DNA of 64,000 nucleotides from Candidatus Latescibacterota bacterium (lineage in GTDB: Bacteria; Latescibacterota; UBA2968; GCA-2709665). The notes below the pieces were generated by a model. It saw only the letters and a program-made list of their open reading frames with translations. It ran no database searches and was not told the DNA's origin. The stretch's first letter is position 1. Each line of letters opens with the position of its first letter. The translations under genes and the position numbers were made by a program. Positions 40,921 through 51,285 of this stretch are shown one piece after another. The DNA lies in the NCBI GenBank assembly GCA_965219455.1, contig OZ244744.1:1856001-1920000 (forward strand), in the 5' to 3' direction.

Positions 40921-43900
40921 CTACGATTCCTCGAACCCGTGGGTCTCAAACTTGAGTGTCTGGCTGTTCTCCGTGACCGTCCGCACCACGTTCTCCGGAG
41001 CACCATGCGGTATTTCTGCGTGGATCTCCAGCGTAACCTTCACATCCGCGCCCACGATTCCGGAAAGATGCGCGATTACCTCGTCGGCGATCTGGCTGGC
41101 GTCCCGACCCACTCGCTGGGCGTCCAGCGTCGCCGCGCCGTGGTACCGCCTGGCTTTCGGCTTTGGTGGCTCCGGCAGCGGAGGTGTTGTGTCTTCACGA
41201 CGGATTCCTTCCTTGGGATCGCCAGGTATCTCTTCTCCCGGTTCTCGAGGCTTCTCTCGTTCTATCTGTACGCCAGCGACATTCGGTTTCACGACCAGCG
41301 CCCTGCTCTCGGGCGAAACAGTGACGGAACCGGGCGCTCGCAGCCCAATATAACGATTATCGCCTTCATTATAGCTCTCGGCAAAGGCGAAGCTATCCAG
41401 TTTCCAGCTAAGTAATCCCACGCCTTCCTGAATCGCGCGTGTGAGAACATCCGGTCCCGCGAGCCGCGGTAGGTACAGGAACTGCCCGAAATCCTGGACG
41501 AGTTGTCGCACTTCCACGTGATTGCCGCGCCATAGCGGCACGTCATCGAGATGTTTCCTTAGGATTGTGGCGCCGAGCGAGGAAATCAGCATCTCGTCGC
41601 TTCGCAGCCGCCTCGAAGCCCGTTCGGCGAGCCCGCCGGAGGCCGTCAGTCGGATCGCGTTCCATGACAACGCCGACTGTGGGTTAGACTGCTCCGGCGC
41701 CAGCAGCCACTGATACGCCTCTGGAAGGCGCGCCGTTACCGTGTCGTTGGCCACGTTCATCTGGTTTTCGGCCTGGCGGGCCTGGTGTGGATCCAGATTG
41801 AGTTCGACTCTGTCCTCAAGGATCGACTCCCACGCCAGGTACCTGCGCAGGGCTTCGTCCAGGTCCTGCCATCGGACCCTGTCCACCGCGAGGAATACCA
41901 ACGTGTTCCGGTAGAGCCTCGGCGTGTTCCCGCGCATTTCGAGGATTTCCTTTGCGGCCACCTGAGCCGCGTTGTCCGGCTCTTTCCAATAGGGTTGCTC
42001 CGCCGAAAGCACGACGAGCCGCGCATCCAGATCGTCGGGCACGTCCGCCCCTGAACGGGGCAGTGGATGGATTCGCTCGAAGTCTCCCGCCGCGCGCAAG
42101 TCCGTTTTGAGCCGCTTTTCCAGTTCCGCCGCCACCTCGTCGGGCTGCCCCCTCAACTGCTCGGCGCGGTCTTCGGCCAGCTTGGTGACGGTGGGCTGCG
42201 TCGCATACCACACCCGGGCGCCGTCCTGGTAGAGATAGGTCGCCGCCGCCGCCAACCGGCGCAGCGCGTCGCCGAAAATGGCTGGCGTCTCACCCGGCAT
42301 CACGCAGCCGAGCTTGACACGGGCATCATCGATACCCCGGTGGGCCGCAGCGGAGGTCGGCGCGGAACCGAGATAAACGGTGCGCGCCACCCGCCGTGCC
42401 GCAGAGAGTTTGCCGAGGTTCGGCGCCTCGGCGTCGATCCTGAGGGGTAAGGCGCCGGGACCGTCAACGTCCTTTTCGATGACGGGCGTCCAGTTTTCAG
42501 GCAAATACCGTGTCAACTCATTCTGCACCCGCTGATCGTCAATGGGGATCGTGGACGGCAGAATCATCGGATTGCGGTCTCCACGCTCCCACAGGCTGTG
42601 GATCACCGAAGCCATCAGTCGCAACACGCCGCGGGTGCGCTGGAACCTGGCAAGCGAGGACCAGTCCGTGTAGAGCCGGTCAAAGATCTCCGGATGGATC
42701 GGGTACGCAGCCTGAACACGTCGTTGGTAATCCATGGTGCGGCATTCGGCGGGAAACTCCACCTGTTGAGAGCGGTATAGTTCCGCAAAAGCCTGTACGG
42801 TTAAATCGCGTTGTTTGAAGGCATCCGTCCCCCCGAGCGGTTCGAACAACCGGCGCCTCACGATCTCGAAGCTCTCCTCAGCGCTTGCCGGCCGCCAGGG
42901 CGAATCGACCCGCCCGAGAACATTACTCAAGCGTTCCAGGGCGCTGCGGCCCCGAATACCGCCCACTTCCGCATCGTCAGCCTCAGTGTGCGACGAACTC
43001 GATCCGGACGTGTCCGAAGCAGGAAGCGAAATCACCAGCAGGCAGTTGCCCGTAAGTTTCGCCGATTCGGTTAGCGCCTGCGCAAAGGTAAACTGCGTCT
43101 CAAAACTGCCGCCGGGCAGATCACCCTCATCGTGGAGCTGTCGCGCGTACGACACCCACTCATCGATGAGCACCACGCAAGGTCCGTACTCGTTGAATAG
43201 TTCACGCAACGCGTCACCGGGATTCGTCGCCTGTTCATCGTCGGCGCGGACCCGCTCGAACGCATCCCTCCCGCCAAGCTGGTAGGCTAGTTCGCCCCAT
43301 AAAGTGCGCACCACGGTCCCGTCCGGTTTTTCCACCGGATTGCCGGGAGAAATGCGGTTGCCAACAAGCACCACGCGCCGTACGGCCGAGGGCGTATCGA
43401 CTGCCGCTCCCGCCAGCACCTCGTCCATACCCTCGAGCTTTCCCGGCGCAATGCCGGAAAACAGGTGGTAAAGCGCCAGCATGGAGTGCGTCTTGCCCCC
43501 GCCGAAGTTGGTCTGCAACTGCACCACCGGGTCGCTTCCCTTACCCGCCAGCCTCCTCGCCGCGCCCTCCAGCAGACGTCTCAGACTTTCGGTGAGGTAC
43601 GTCCGACGGAAGAACTCCCGCGGGTCACGGTACTCGTCCGAGCCCTCTCCGAGATGAACCTGCCACAAATCCGCGGCGAACTCCGCCTGTTGGTACCCGC
43701 CGGTGGCCACGTCGGCGTGCGGCATCACCACCTCTCGCCACGGTTTCAGAGCGCCTGCACTGGCGGATTCAATCAGCGCGCCCACCACCCGGCGTTTTTC
43801 TCCCCGCACCTGTTCGTCCATCACCAGGCGGCGAAGCTCCATCTTCATGCGATTGACCTCGTCCGCCTGCGACGCCGAGACTGCCGTGAGCAACCGCTCT

Positions 43901-44247
43901 GCCGAGTCGAGGGCTCTATCCGTATCGTCGCTGGAAAAGTGGTGTTGGTGCGCCCACTTGTTGCGCCAATCGCGCAGTTCAGAGACAAGGCTACGCTCGG
44001 TGTGCCCGAGCGTGTACTTGAAGACATCGTTCCAAATGGCCCACATCAACTTTAGCAGCGCGGCAGCGTCCCACCCGTCGACAGGTTTGCCCTTGAGCAT
44101 CGGGTCATCGGGGAAATTGTGGAAGCCGTATTCATCCAATCGCTTTGCTTTAATTGCATTCTTGACTTCGCGATCGACGAATGGACCCAGCCCCGCCTTC
44201 AGTAGATCGAGCGCCTTTTCGACGCGTTCACGGTTGGTTACGGCCAT
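40921..44247 (-). CDS. Swt1-like HEPN + DUF499 AAA+ ATPase
   Basis: RNKWAH (RxxxxH), EFAADL, QTNFGGGKTH (Walker A), VLIDE, YPIHPE, FQRTRGVLR. Confidence 0.9.
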   Translation of the reverse strand: MAVTNRERVEKALDLLKAGLGPFVDREVKNAIKAKRLDEYGFHNFPDDPMLKGKPVDGWDAAALLKLMWAIWNDVFKYTLGHTERSLVSELRDWRNKWAHQHHFSSDDTDRALDSAERLLTAVSASQADEVNRMKMELRRLVMDEQVRGEKRRVVGALIESASAGALKPWREVVMPHADVATGGYQQAEFAADLWQVHLGEGSDEYRDPREFFRRTYLTESLRRLLEGAARRLAGKGSDPVVQLQTNFGGGKTHSMLALYHLFSGIAPGKLEGMDEVLAGAAVDTPSAVRRVVLVGNRISPGNPVEKPDGTVVRTLWGELAYQLGGRDAFERVRADDEQATNPGDALRELFNEYGPCVVLIDEWVSYARQLHDEGDLPGGSFETQFTFAQALTESAKLTGNCLLVISLPASDTSGSSSSHTEADDAEVGGIRGRSALERLSNVLGRVDSPWRPASAEESFEIVRRRLFEPLGGTDAFKQRDLTVQAFAELYRSQQVEFPAECRTMDYQRRVQAAYPIHPEIFDRLYTDWSSLARFQRTRGVLRLMASVIHSLWERGDRNPMILPSTIPIDDQRVQNELTRYLPENWTPVIEKDVDGPGALPLRIDAEAPNLGKLSAARRVARTVYLGSAPTSAAAHRGIDDARVKLGCVMPGETPAIFGDALRRLAAAATYLYQDGARVWYATQPTVTKLAEDRAEQLRGQPDEVAAELEKRLKTDLRAAGDFERIHPLPRSGADVPDDLDARLVVLSAEQPYWKEPDNAAQVAAKEILEMRGNTPRLYRNTLVFLAVDRVRWQDLDEALRRYLAWESILEDRVELNLDPHQARQAENQMNVANDTVTARLPEAYQWLLAPEQSNPQSALSWNAIRLTASGGLAERASRRLRSDEMLISSLGATILRKHLDDVPLWRGNHVEVRQLVQDFGQFLYLPRLAGPDVLTRAIQEGVGLLSWKLDSFAFAESYNEGDNRYIGLRAPGSVTVSPESRALVVKPNVAGVQIEREKPREPGEEIPGDPKEGIRREDTTPPLPEPPKPKARRYHGAATLDAQRVGRDASQIADEVIAHLSGIVGADVKVTLEIHAEIPHGAPENVVRTVTENSQTLKFETHGFEES

Positions 44248-44259
44248 TATCGTTTTCCC

Positions 44260-44697
44260 TCATCCAAGATGTTCGATTTCCACGTTGCCCCAATGCTGTT
44301 TCAGATACTCGGCTACGAGCCGCCGATGGCATCGGTGCGGCTTGTCCTCGCTGCACAGCAGGCATCCGTCGGCGACAATCTCTTTCGGAACCGTCGCCTC
44401 AATTCGCCGCTCGCGCATAAGCGCAATGAAGCGATCCTCGTAGGCTGCCCATTTACAACGCCGTTTCCTGTAGTCGTCCAGCAACTCCTTCGTCGGGGCC
44501 AGCGCGGGCAGGTGAATGTACTCCATCCCGCAGAGCTCGCCCAAGAAAAACGCGAGGTCGTCCTTCTTCGCAAAACCGGCAAGTTGAGAGCCATTGTTGA
44601 GCCGCACGTCGACGACACGCTTGACGCCCGACTCACGAAGCAGATCAAAAAAACGGTGGGCAGGCTTTTTTGTGAATCCGATGGTAGAGATTTTCAT
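44260..44697 (-). CDS. DUF488 family protein (copy 1)
   Basis: TIGF, VDVRL, SQLAGFAK, CLLCSE...CHRRL; start MKISTIGF at 44697. Confidence 0.85.
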   Translation of the reverse strand: MKISTIGFTKKPAHRFFDLLRESGVKRVVDVRLNNGSQLAGFAKKDDLAFFLGELCGMEYIHLPALAPTKELLDDYRKRRCKWAAYEDRFIALMRERRIEATVPKEIVADGCLLCSEDKPHRCHRRLVAEYLKQHWGNVEIEHLG

Positions 44698-44740
44698 GGG
44701 GGTCAATTGTTGGCGTCTCAAACAAACTATCGGCGAGAAT

Positions 44741-45973
44741 CTATTCCGCCGCCCAGATAACGAGCTGTAATTCGCTGTCGTCGATCAAACTGTATTTGGG
44801 TAATCGTCCCGAGAGTCCATCGCTCTCGTTGAGAATGATCGGGACTCCATCGCCGCGCCGGTCTATAAAGTGGCTCCTTCCCAGGCCCGTTGGCGCACGA
44901 CAACGCATCAACAGGTAAACAATGAGTTTGTTCCTGCTGGCTTGCCGAAGGTGCAGGCTGTCGGAAGACAGCGTACCCACCAGACCGCCTGGCACATAGA
45001 GCTCAAGGCGATCGCGAAACAGGCGCAGGCGAATCCGGGAACCAGCGATAGAGTAATCGCGGTGTGCAACAGCATTGACGAGTGCCTCGAACATGGCCCG
45101 CTCACTAAACTGCGGACGGTCGGCCCGGGCCGTCGTCTTGCTCGCTCCTACGAGCATATTCCGTCGGATGAAATGCATTGCTTCCTCTACCTGCTCGTCG
45201 AGTGGCCCACCGATGTCGCGGGCCTCGCTTTGAGAGTTGACATCAGCGCGTTCACCCGCGTAACTGACGGCTTGTATGTACGCGTGGGGAAGCCATTGCT
45301 GCGGATTGCGCGTACATAGCAGCACGGCGGCGAGCGTTAGACGTGGAACTTCGTAATCGTCGTCGGCCACAAGGCCAAGCTTGCTTGCGAAGATTTCATT
45401 GACGCCTTCCTCAGCTGAGTCTTCTTGCAGAAAGCGGCGCGTCAACGAATAATCCAAATTACCGGTATTGGTTCGCGGTACAAGGGACTCGTCAAAGCGG
45501 ATCACGGGAGTCTGGCTGCGGTCCTGGAAGAGCCGGGCGAGTGCTTCCGGCGTCATTTCGCGCTTCGAACCGCCAATTCTGCGTTCGTATCCGCCGGCAC
45601 TCCGGTGGACAAACAAGCTGCGGTCAACGTCGATTCGGACCACCGGAACAAGCGTGCCCGTGGCATTTGGTAACTCGATCTTGCGGGTCGCCATGTCGAG
45701 CGGGGGAGTCACCGTGTCGTTGCAAATCTCGCACACCCAGCGCTCGACCGCATCAAGGTGTTCCAGAGGGATACCCACGACATCCCGGGTCGTGTCGTCG
45801 ACCCCCAGTACAAGAGTTCCGCCGCGATTGTTGGCAAAGGCCGCGAGTTCGTCACAGAGTTCGTTGCGATGCGGGTTGGAAACGCGGCCGCCCGACAGCA
45901 CGACCCGCTTGAATTCCATGGTCGAGTCCTCTCCGAGGCTGATACGGCGTGCCAGATTCGTGTCCGTCATCAC
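44741..45973 (-). CDS. AlbA_2 (Schlafen-like) domain + RecG-C/HATPase-like ATP-binding protein
   Basis: GEDSTMEFKR, AAFANNRGG, LGVDD, EALVNAVAHRDY. Confidence 0.85.
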   Translation of the reverse strand: MMTDTNLARRISLGEDSTMEFKRVVLSGGRVSNPHRNELCDELAAFANNRGGTLVLGVDDTTRDVVGIPLEHLDAVERWVCEICNDTVTPPLDMATRKIELPNATGTLVPVVRIDVDRSLFVHRSAGGYERRIGGSKREMTPEALARLFQDRSQTPVIRFDESLVPRTNTGNLDYSLTRRFLQEDSAEEGVNEIFASKLGLVADDDYEVPRLTLAAVLLCTRNPQQWLPHAYIQAVSYAGERADVNSQSEARDIGGPLDEQVEEAMHFIRRNMLVGASKTTARADRPQFSERAMFEALVNAVAHRDYSIAGSRIRLRLFRDRLELYVPGGLVGTLSSDSLHLRQASRNKLIVYLLMRCRAPTGLGRSHFIDRRGDGVPIILNESDGLSGRLPKYSLIDDSELQLVIWAAE

Positions 45974-46845
45974 GTCTTCTCCTTGACCAGAATGAGGTGA
46001 CGAGGCAGATCCCCGCCCGGCACAATTTCCACAGGGGCCCGTGTCAGCGTCGACTCGTCTGCGCCCTGTGACGACATGCCCGCCCGAATTCTCGCCAAAT
46101 CTTCAGACGTTATCGTTCCGTTGTCTCGGATCCAGAGCCAATCCGGCCAGCCACCGTCAACCGGTTCGAAACGTACCCAGTCGTAACTTTCCAACTCGTC
46201 CAAAGGTGGGCCTGTGTGCGCTTGATCTATGATATCTCGAATTGACCCTCGAATCAGCGATATCAGGTGCGTGCGTCCCTCAGGGCAGTCAAATAGGCAA
46301 CGCCATGGCAATGCGGCGCACGATGCATGAATCGAATTGAAGTCTCTGTGTCCACGGTTCGAGATCGCTTCGCGAATGATCCAGCTTGGCACCAGCGTGC
46401 AACCCAGTTGACCTTTGTCGGCGCACTGACAGCAGTGCCAATAGGGAAATGTATCGTCAAGGTCCGCATGGTTATACAGAAGATACAGCGGGATGGCGCC
46501 TACACTTCCAGAGAACTCTTCAAGGATGTCTATCTGAAAGGGGCCCGACGATTTCACCCTGGCGTTTAGGTGTTCATACCTGTTTGATGGATACAGCTTT
46601 TTGGCTTGCACTGCAAACGCTAACGCTCGATTGCTGCCAGCGTAAATCAGGATCCACAGATCGGTACCTACTACCGATTCCTGTGCCTTAGTGCATTGAA
46701 ACAGCCTCGCATTATCCTTCATCGAACGTGTGAAATCCAGAGCGAGTAGATCGGTCAGCGTCTCCTCGCCAAGCCGGACTTTCAGGTCACGTGACAGTTT
46801 TAGCCTTTCCCAAGTGTCGGCGGCAATTTTTTCAGAAGGAGTCAT
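45970..46845 (-). CDS. DUF6615-like putative PD-(D/E)XK nuclease
   Basis: GEETLTD, ESVVGTD, AVQAKKL, YLLYN; start MTPSEK at 46845. Confidence 0.65.
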   Translation of the reverse strand: MTPSEKIAADTWERLKLSRDLKVRLGEETLTDLLALDFTRSMKDNARLFQCTKAQESVVGTDLWILIYAGSNRALAFAVQAKKLYPSNRYEHLNARVKSSGPFQIDILEEFSGSVGAIPLYLLYNHADLDDTFPYWHCCQCADKGQLGCTLVPSWIIREAISNRGHRDFNSIHASCAALPWRCLFDCPEGRTHLISLIRGSIRDIIDQAHTGPPLDELESYDWVRFEPVDGGWPDWLWIRDNGTITSEDLARIRAGMSSQGADESTLTRAPVEIVPGGDLPRHLILVKEKT

Positions 46846-46864
46846 TACGTAGTCCGTCCGATTA

Positions 46865-47467
46865 TTAAAACAGCCGCCGCAGCCATTTGATGAATTTTGT
46901 GCTGAGTGCTCCATCCACGTGCAAGTCACGTGCGCCGATAGCGGCGCCCATCAGCCTGGGGTTCTCCCTTGCTGCCAGCCAAGCGTGGATCCTGGCTCGC
47001 TGTATCTTTTTCTCAGTAAACTTACGATCCGCCTCTGGAATGCAGTCAATGTAACGCCGGGCTCGTGGCCAAATTGGATCATCGTCTGGAACCATTTCCG
47101 CAACGAAGTCTTCAAGTTCGCCTGATGATGAATTGTCGGGCATCAACCAGATGCCAACTCGAGGGGATCCATTAATGATGGTACCTTCTGCGCCGGGGTA
47201 GTCAGGCACCTCGATGTCTTCCTCTCGAAGCCGGTTGGCCACAGAGCTCCAGCGAGCATTTACGTCTTCGTTCGCGTCTGCGACAATGCCGAGAGCCCTG
47301 CGACCGGGAACCCGCAATTCCAGGCCGATTTCCCCGAGAAGGACATCAATTCCTTCCTTATCGGAAATGTAGAACTTCGGCATCTTTTCTAAGCGGTCAG
47401 CCAGATGCCGGACGACACGCTTGTCATCCAGCCCTTCCACGAGTAGAACACGATCATCACCCGACAT
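46865..47467 (-). CDS. DUF3226 (TOPRIM-like) protein
   Basis: LLVEGLDD, IVADAN, IWLMPDN..GELEDF. Confidence 0.8.
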   Translation of the reverse strand: MSGDDRVLLVEGLDDKRVVRHLADRLEKMPKFYISDKEGIDVLLGEIGLELRVPGRRALGIVADANEDVNARWSSVANRLREEDIEVPDYPGAEGTIINGSPRVGIWLMPDNSSSGELEDFVAEMVPDDDPIWPRARRYIDCIPEADRKFTEKKIQRARIHAWLAARENPRLMGAAIGARDLHVDGALSTKFIKWLRRLF

Positions 47468-47471
47468 TTAG

Positions 47472-48650
47472 CTACCTCACCTCTACACCAACAGGTTGCT
47501 TCGCTAGTTCCCTGATATTACGCTCCGAATATTCGACGGCTCGGAGACCTCCATCTTCGCGTTCGAGACGCACGAGCGCCCCTTCGATACCGTCACAGTC
47601 ATCAATGGCTTGCGCAAAGCCACGAACGCAATCGTAGCTGTGCGTCGTGGCCAATACCTGCACGTTATTCTCGTGCGCCGTCATAAGAACCATCCGCCAG
47701 AACTCCCTTTGGACGGAATGATGAATACCGTTTTCGGCTTCATCGATGAGCAGAAAACCGTCGCGGCTGTTTGCCAGCGCCACGGCAGTGGCGGCCAGGT
47801 GCAGTGCCCCATCGCCCAGACTTTGCAAGGGGACTGGACGAGCCTGGCCCCGGAGCTTTGCGACCACTCGCTCAACATGTTCCTTGTCAAATGGTTCGTC
47901 GTTGCGAATCACGGCCACGCGCTCCAGGTCGCTCCCGAAAATCAGTCTCAGGGCCCGTATCGCTCGGTCCTCATCATCAGTCAGCGCAATGGCATTCCAG
48001 AAACGTACCATTTCTTCGTTGCTCAACACACCCGGTCCCAATGGTTGACATCCTATTGGGGACGACCACTTAGCTCCGACCAATAGGTCCCATGAGAAAA
48101 GGAACGCGCCAGCGCTATGGCGTTCTACGGTTCTGGCCGCCGCCGATCCCTGGATGGGGAGAAACCATGGCAGCAATTGTCCAGCGCCTTGAAATACGAC
48201 TTTGAATGCCTGACGATAGCCGTGTGCAAAATGGCCAGAGAGTGATTGCTTGAGTTGAGAAACCTGTTGGTCGTCCAGAGGCTCCTCCTCAATCCTGAGT
48301 TGATCCTCGCAGATATTGGGCCCGATCGAGATGCAGGCATTCCTCGACACATTCCGTCCATGGAACAGGGCCGCAAAGTCAGGTAGAAATCTTCTCTGCC
48401 GATTGGGATCATCGCAGATAGCGAGAGCCCGCTCTTGGCGGCTCTCCAGCAAGCCGGACAACACGCCATAGTTCCCGCGGGCTGCGTAGACCCGGACGGC
48501 ATCCAGAACGGTCGTCTTACCGACACCATTCTTTCCCGCCAGCAGCGTCACGCGACCCAACTTCCCTATCGTAAGTGACGCGATACCTCGAAATCCGGTT
48601 ATCGACAGATCCGGAAGATGAAGCCGGTTTTCATGGCGTTCTTCAGACAT
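47472..48650 (-). CDS. ABC/AAA_21-type ATPase
   Basis: GKNGVGKTT, LGDG signature, LLIDEAENGIH, ATTHS. Confidence 0.88.
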   Translation of the reverse strand: MSEERHENRLHLPDLSITGFRGIASLTIGKLGRVTLLAGKNGVGKTTVLDAVRVYAARGNYGVLSGLLESRQERALAICDDPNRQRRFLPDFAALFHGRNVSRNACISIGPNICEDQLRIEEEPLDDQQVSQLKQSLSGHFAHGYRQAFKVVFQGAGQLLPWFLPIQGSAAARTVERHSAGAFLFSWDLLVGAKWSSPIGCQPLGPGVLSNEEMVRFWNAIALTDDEDRAIRALRLIFGSDLERVAVIRNDEPFDKEHVERVVAKLRGQARPVPLQSLGDGALHLAATAVALANSRDGFLLIDEAENGIHHSVQREFWRMVLMTAHENNVQVLATTHSYDCVRGFAQAIDDCDGIEGALVRLEREDGGLRAVEYSERNIRELAKQPVGVEVR

Positions 48651-48773
48651 GGCGTCAGTCCCTTCGTCGATGGCGAGAGTATCAAGTTAACGAAATGGAT
48701 ATACAGTAATTTTCGTGATGACTTTCAAAACTTTAGAATGCGTTTGCAATAGTGCCATAATTTCGCCGATGTA

Positions 48774-48808
48774 GAGGCATGCGGGCGAGACGCCCGCGCT
48801 CCCAGGAT
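48774..48808 (+). repeat. REP element (GAGGCAT-GCGGGC-GAGAC-GCCCGC-GCTCCCAGGAT), intergenic
   Basis: Matches the minus strand of 56694..56728 over 35 nt apart from one loop change and a compensatory stem pair. Confidence 0.8.
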
Positions 48809-48924
48809 ACTCTACGCAACACGTCGCACGATTTCAGGCCAGCTTTGGACGAGGCCGTTGATGGAGAGAAATCAGGGAGAGAGGCACCTACTTCGTTTTC
48901 TTGTATAGCTCATCTTCGACAAAC

Positions 48925-49335
48925 CTATGCAGCGTTTATGCGCCGCTTAAACTCGACCGCTATCGAGTTGCAAACGCCTCGTGCCTGGGACACCGCCCGA
49001 TCAGCATCCGCCTCCGTGGCCTCTTGCCAATCGCCTGGATACCGTGCCTCAAGAGCCCATTGGGTCAATTGGGCAAGATCCGTGTGCGTACGCCGCACCG
49101 ACCAGGTGTCCGGGAGGAGGTTACGCAATGCATCCAGGTCGTGTCGTAACGGAAAGTCTGTTTCTTCGAGTACGAGTGCTGCCTTTAAAGCCTTTTCGGC
49201 AGCTTGCTGGGCGAGGAAACAGGCGTGGCGAGGTCGTGAGCCATCCGTCGCCAGCAACCGTTGCGCAACATCGAGATCCTCCATGGCGAATCGAAGCCAT
49301 CGGCGAGCCTGGTCAACGAGTTCAGGATCGCTCAT
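48925..49335 (-). CDS. HEPN domain protein (MNT-HEPN toxin-antitoxin pair)
   Basis: WLRFAMEDL, FLAQQAAEKALKA, HDL, ARYPG. Confidence 0.85.
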   Translation of the reverse strand: MSDPELVDQARRWLRFAMEDLDVAQRLLATDGSRPRHACFLAQQAAEKALKAALVLEETDFPLRHDLDALRNLLPDTWSVRRTHTDLAQLTQWALEARYPGDWQEATEADADRAVSQARGVCNSIAVEFKRRINAA

Positions 49336-49648
49336 ACAGGACCTTCCCTTCGCGGAGTGCTGAACGCAACACGGTCCCAACAAGATGACCGCGACGAGTG
49401 ACTTCCTCGGGAGTCGCTATCACTATGTCCTTGCAAACCGGGAGATCTCCCAGGGCCCGTCGGATTTCGATAGCCGTATCCCGCTTGTCGGACACATTGG
49501 GCAGAATTACGAGCAAGTCCACGTCGCTTGAGTCGGTGGCCGTGCCCCGTGCATGGGACCCGAAGAGAACGAGCCGAGAAGGCTTCCAGCCTTCTACAAT
49601 GCGGTCTACCATGGTCGATATGAACGTCTCCGAGGCCGGTATTTTCAT
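49322..49648 (-). CDS. Minimal nucleotidyltransferase (MNT)
   Basis: LFGSHARG..SDVDLLV; overlaps HEPN. Confidence 0.87.
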   Translation of the reverse strand: MKIPASETFISTMVDRIVEGWKPSRLVLFGSHARGTATDSSDVDLLVILPNVSDKRDTAIEIRRALGDLPVCKDIVIATPEEVTRRGHLVGTVLRSALREGKVLYERS

Positions 49649-49658
49649 GCGATGCGTC

Positions 49659-50093
49659 CTATCGGAGATGGACAATTTCAACGTCACCCCAATGTTGTTT
49701 CAGGTACTCTGCAAGCCTGCGGTGGCAGCGGTGCGGTTTATCCTCGCTGCAAAGCAGACAGCCGCCCGAGACGATCTCTTTCGAAACGGTCCTTTCGATC
49801 TGCCGCTCACGCATCAGCGCGATGAATCGGTCCTCGTAGGCTGCCCAAACGCAACGCCGATTCCTGTAGTCGCCCTGCAACTCCTTCGTCGGCGCCAGTT
49901 CGGGTACGTGAACGTATCCCATCTCACAGAGTTCGCTCAGAAAATACGCGAGGTCGTCCTTCTTCGCAAAACCGGCGAATTGCGACTCATTGTTAAGCCG
50001 AACGTCGACGATTCGCCGGGCGCCGGACTGTCGAAGAAGGTCGAAGAAGCGACGGGCGGGTTTCTCTGTGAAGCCGATGGTGGAGATTTCCAC
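49659..50093 (-). CDS. DUF488 family protein (copy 2)
   Basis: Colinear paralog of 44260..44697. Confidence 0.85.
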   Translation of the reverse strand: MEISTIGFTEKPARRFFDLLRQSGARRIVDVRLNNESQFAGFAKKDDLAYFLSELCEMGYVHVPELAPTKELQGDYRNRRCVWAAYEDRFIALMRERQIERTVSKEIVSGGCLLCSEDKPHRCHRRLAEYLKQHWGDVEIVHLR

Positions 50094-50184
50094 GTCTCCG
50101 TGCGCGGCAGTTGGCAGATCATCCAGTCGGGAGTTTCCAGTACGAAAATCCGCAACCGCTGGACAATACTATATAAAAAGATCG

Positions 50185-51270
50185 CTAACGGTGATTTTCA
50201 ACAGATTCCGTGATTGGCGGCTCGAGCATGGACCGATTCAATTCGCCGACCGAGACCTGCAGCAGTTCAGCGGCCCTAGCCACGGGGATAGCTCCCTCAG
50301 CCATGGCGCGGTAACACAGCCGCTCGAAACGCTGCGGTACCTCTATGGGCATCGCATAAGGCTCTTCATACGGAGGCCGCCGCCAGCCCTGACGAGAGAA
50401 CTCCCCGAACAACACCTTGAAAAGAGACAAGCTGATAATGCCGAGATCCTTAAATCGATAGGTTAGAGCTTGAACACTTACCCCGAATAGTTGCTTTAGT
50501 GCAAAGAGTTCCCTCCATCCGATGGACGTTCGGCGCTTCCCAACGGCGGCCCACAGCGCTTCGGCGGGCATCAGGAACGCCCCGCCAAAACGGTAGGCGG
50601 CTTTCTCATCGTCTATATTTGCTGCGACGTCAAGGACTAGATGGCCGAGTTCATGCGCCATTGTCAAGCGTTGCCGCTCTCCCCATTCCTTATCGTTTAC
50701 GACAAGGACCGGAACCTGACGCTTTCCGGGGCGACGAACCCGCGCCATAAGGCCGTCGATATTTCCAAGATCAATTGCAAGGACCTTAATTCCATGTTCT
50801 TCGACCAACTCTACAAGATCAGGGATCGGGTCAAACCCCAAGCCCCAATACAACCTAAGATTGTTTGCGGCACGTTCCGCTTCAGAGGGATCGCTGACGA
50901 CAGGATACGGCGCGGCGCGGGGTTTGTCCCAGTTTACGCTCGTCAGATGGAGAAACTCCTCTACTTCAAGGTAGCGTTCCAGCAAGTGAATTACTTTCGC
51001 TTCGACCTGCGCCTCCTCGCGTCGACCCGTAATCTTCTTCTTCCGAAATTCGACGGACTCTAATGCGATTTCCTGGTCTCCGTTCAAGTAGTCCACGGGC
51101 ACTGATAGGGCGTTGGCCAGCGCTGTGAGGACGTCTGGGCTTGGCGTCGAGGCGCCACGCTCGTACTTGCCGATCGCCTGTGCCGTCACCCGACTTACAA
51201 TGCGTGCCTCAAGACCACGGAGAGAGAGGCCTGCAGCGGTCCGTGCAATCTTCAGTTTTCGCCCTACCAT
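50185..51270 (-). CDS. XRE-family HTH fused to ImmA/IrrE zinc metallopeptidase, divergent from CBASS
   Basis: N-terminal HTH (AIGKYERG), HELGH, E..A..FGGAFLMP. Confidence 0.9.
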   Translation of the reverse strand: MVGRKLKIARTAAGLSLRGLEARIVSRVTAQAIGKYERGASTPSPDVLTALANALSVPVDYLNGDQEIALESVEFRKKKITGRREEAQVEAKVIHLLERYLEVEEFLHLTSVNWDKPRAAPYPVVSDPSEAERAANNLRLYWGLGFDPIPDLVELVEEHGIKVLAIDLGNIDGLMARVRRPGKRQVPVLVVNDKEWGERQRLTMAHELGHLVLDVAANIDDEKAAYRFGGAFLMPAEALWAAVGKRRTSIGWRELFALKQLFGVSVQALTYRFKDLGIISLSLFKVLFGEFSRQGWRRPPYEEPYAMPIEVPQRFERLCYRAMAEGAIPVARAAELLQVSVGELNRSMLEPPITESVENHR

Positions 51271-51285
51271 AATTTCCCCCTTGAC

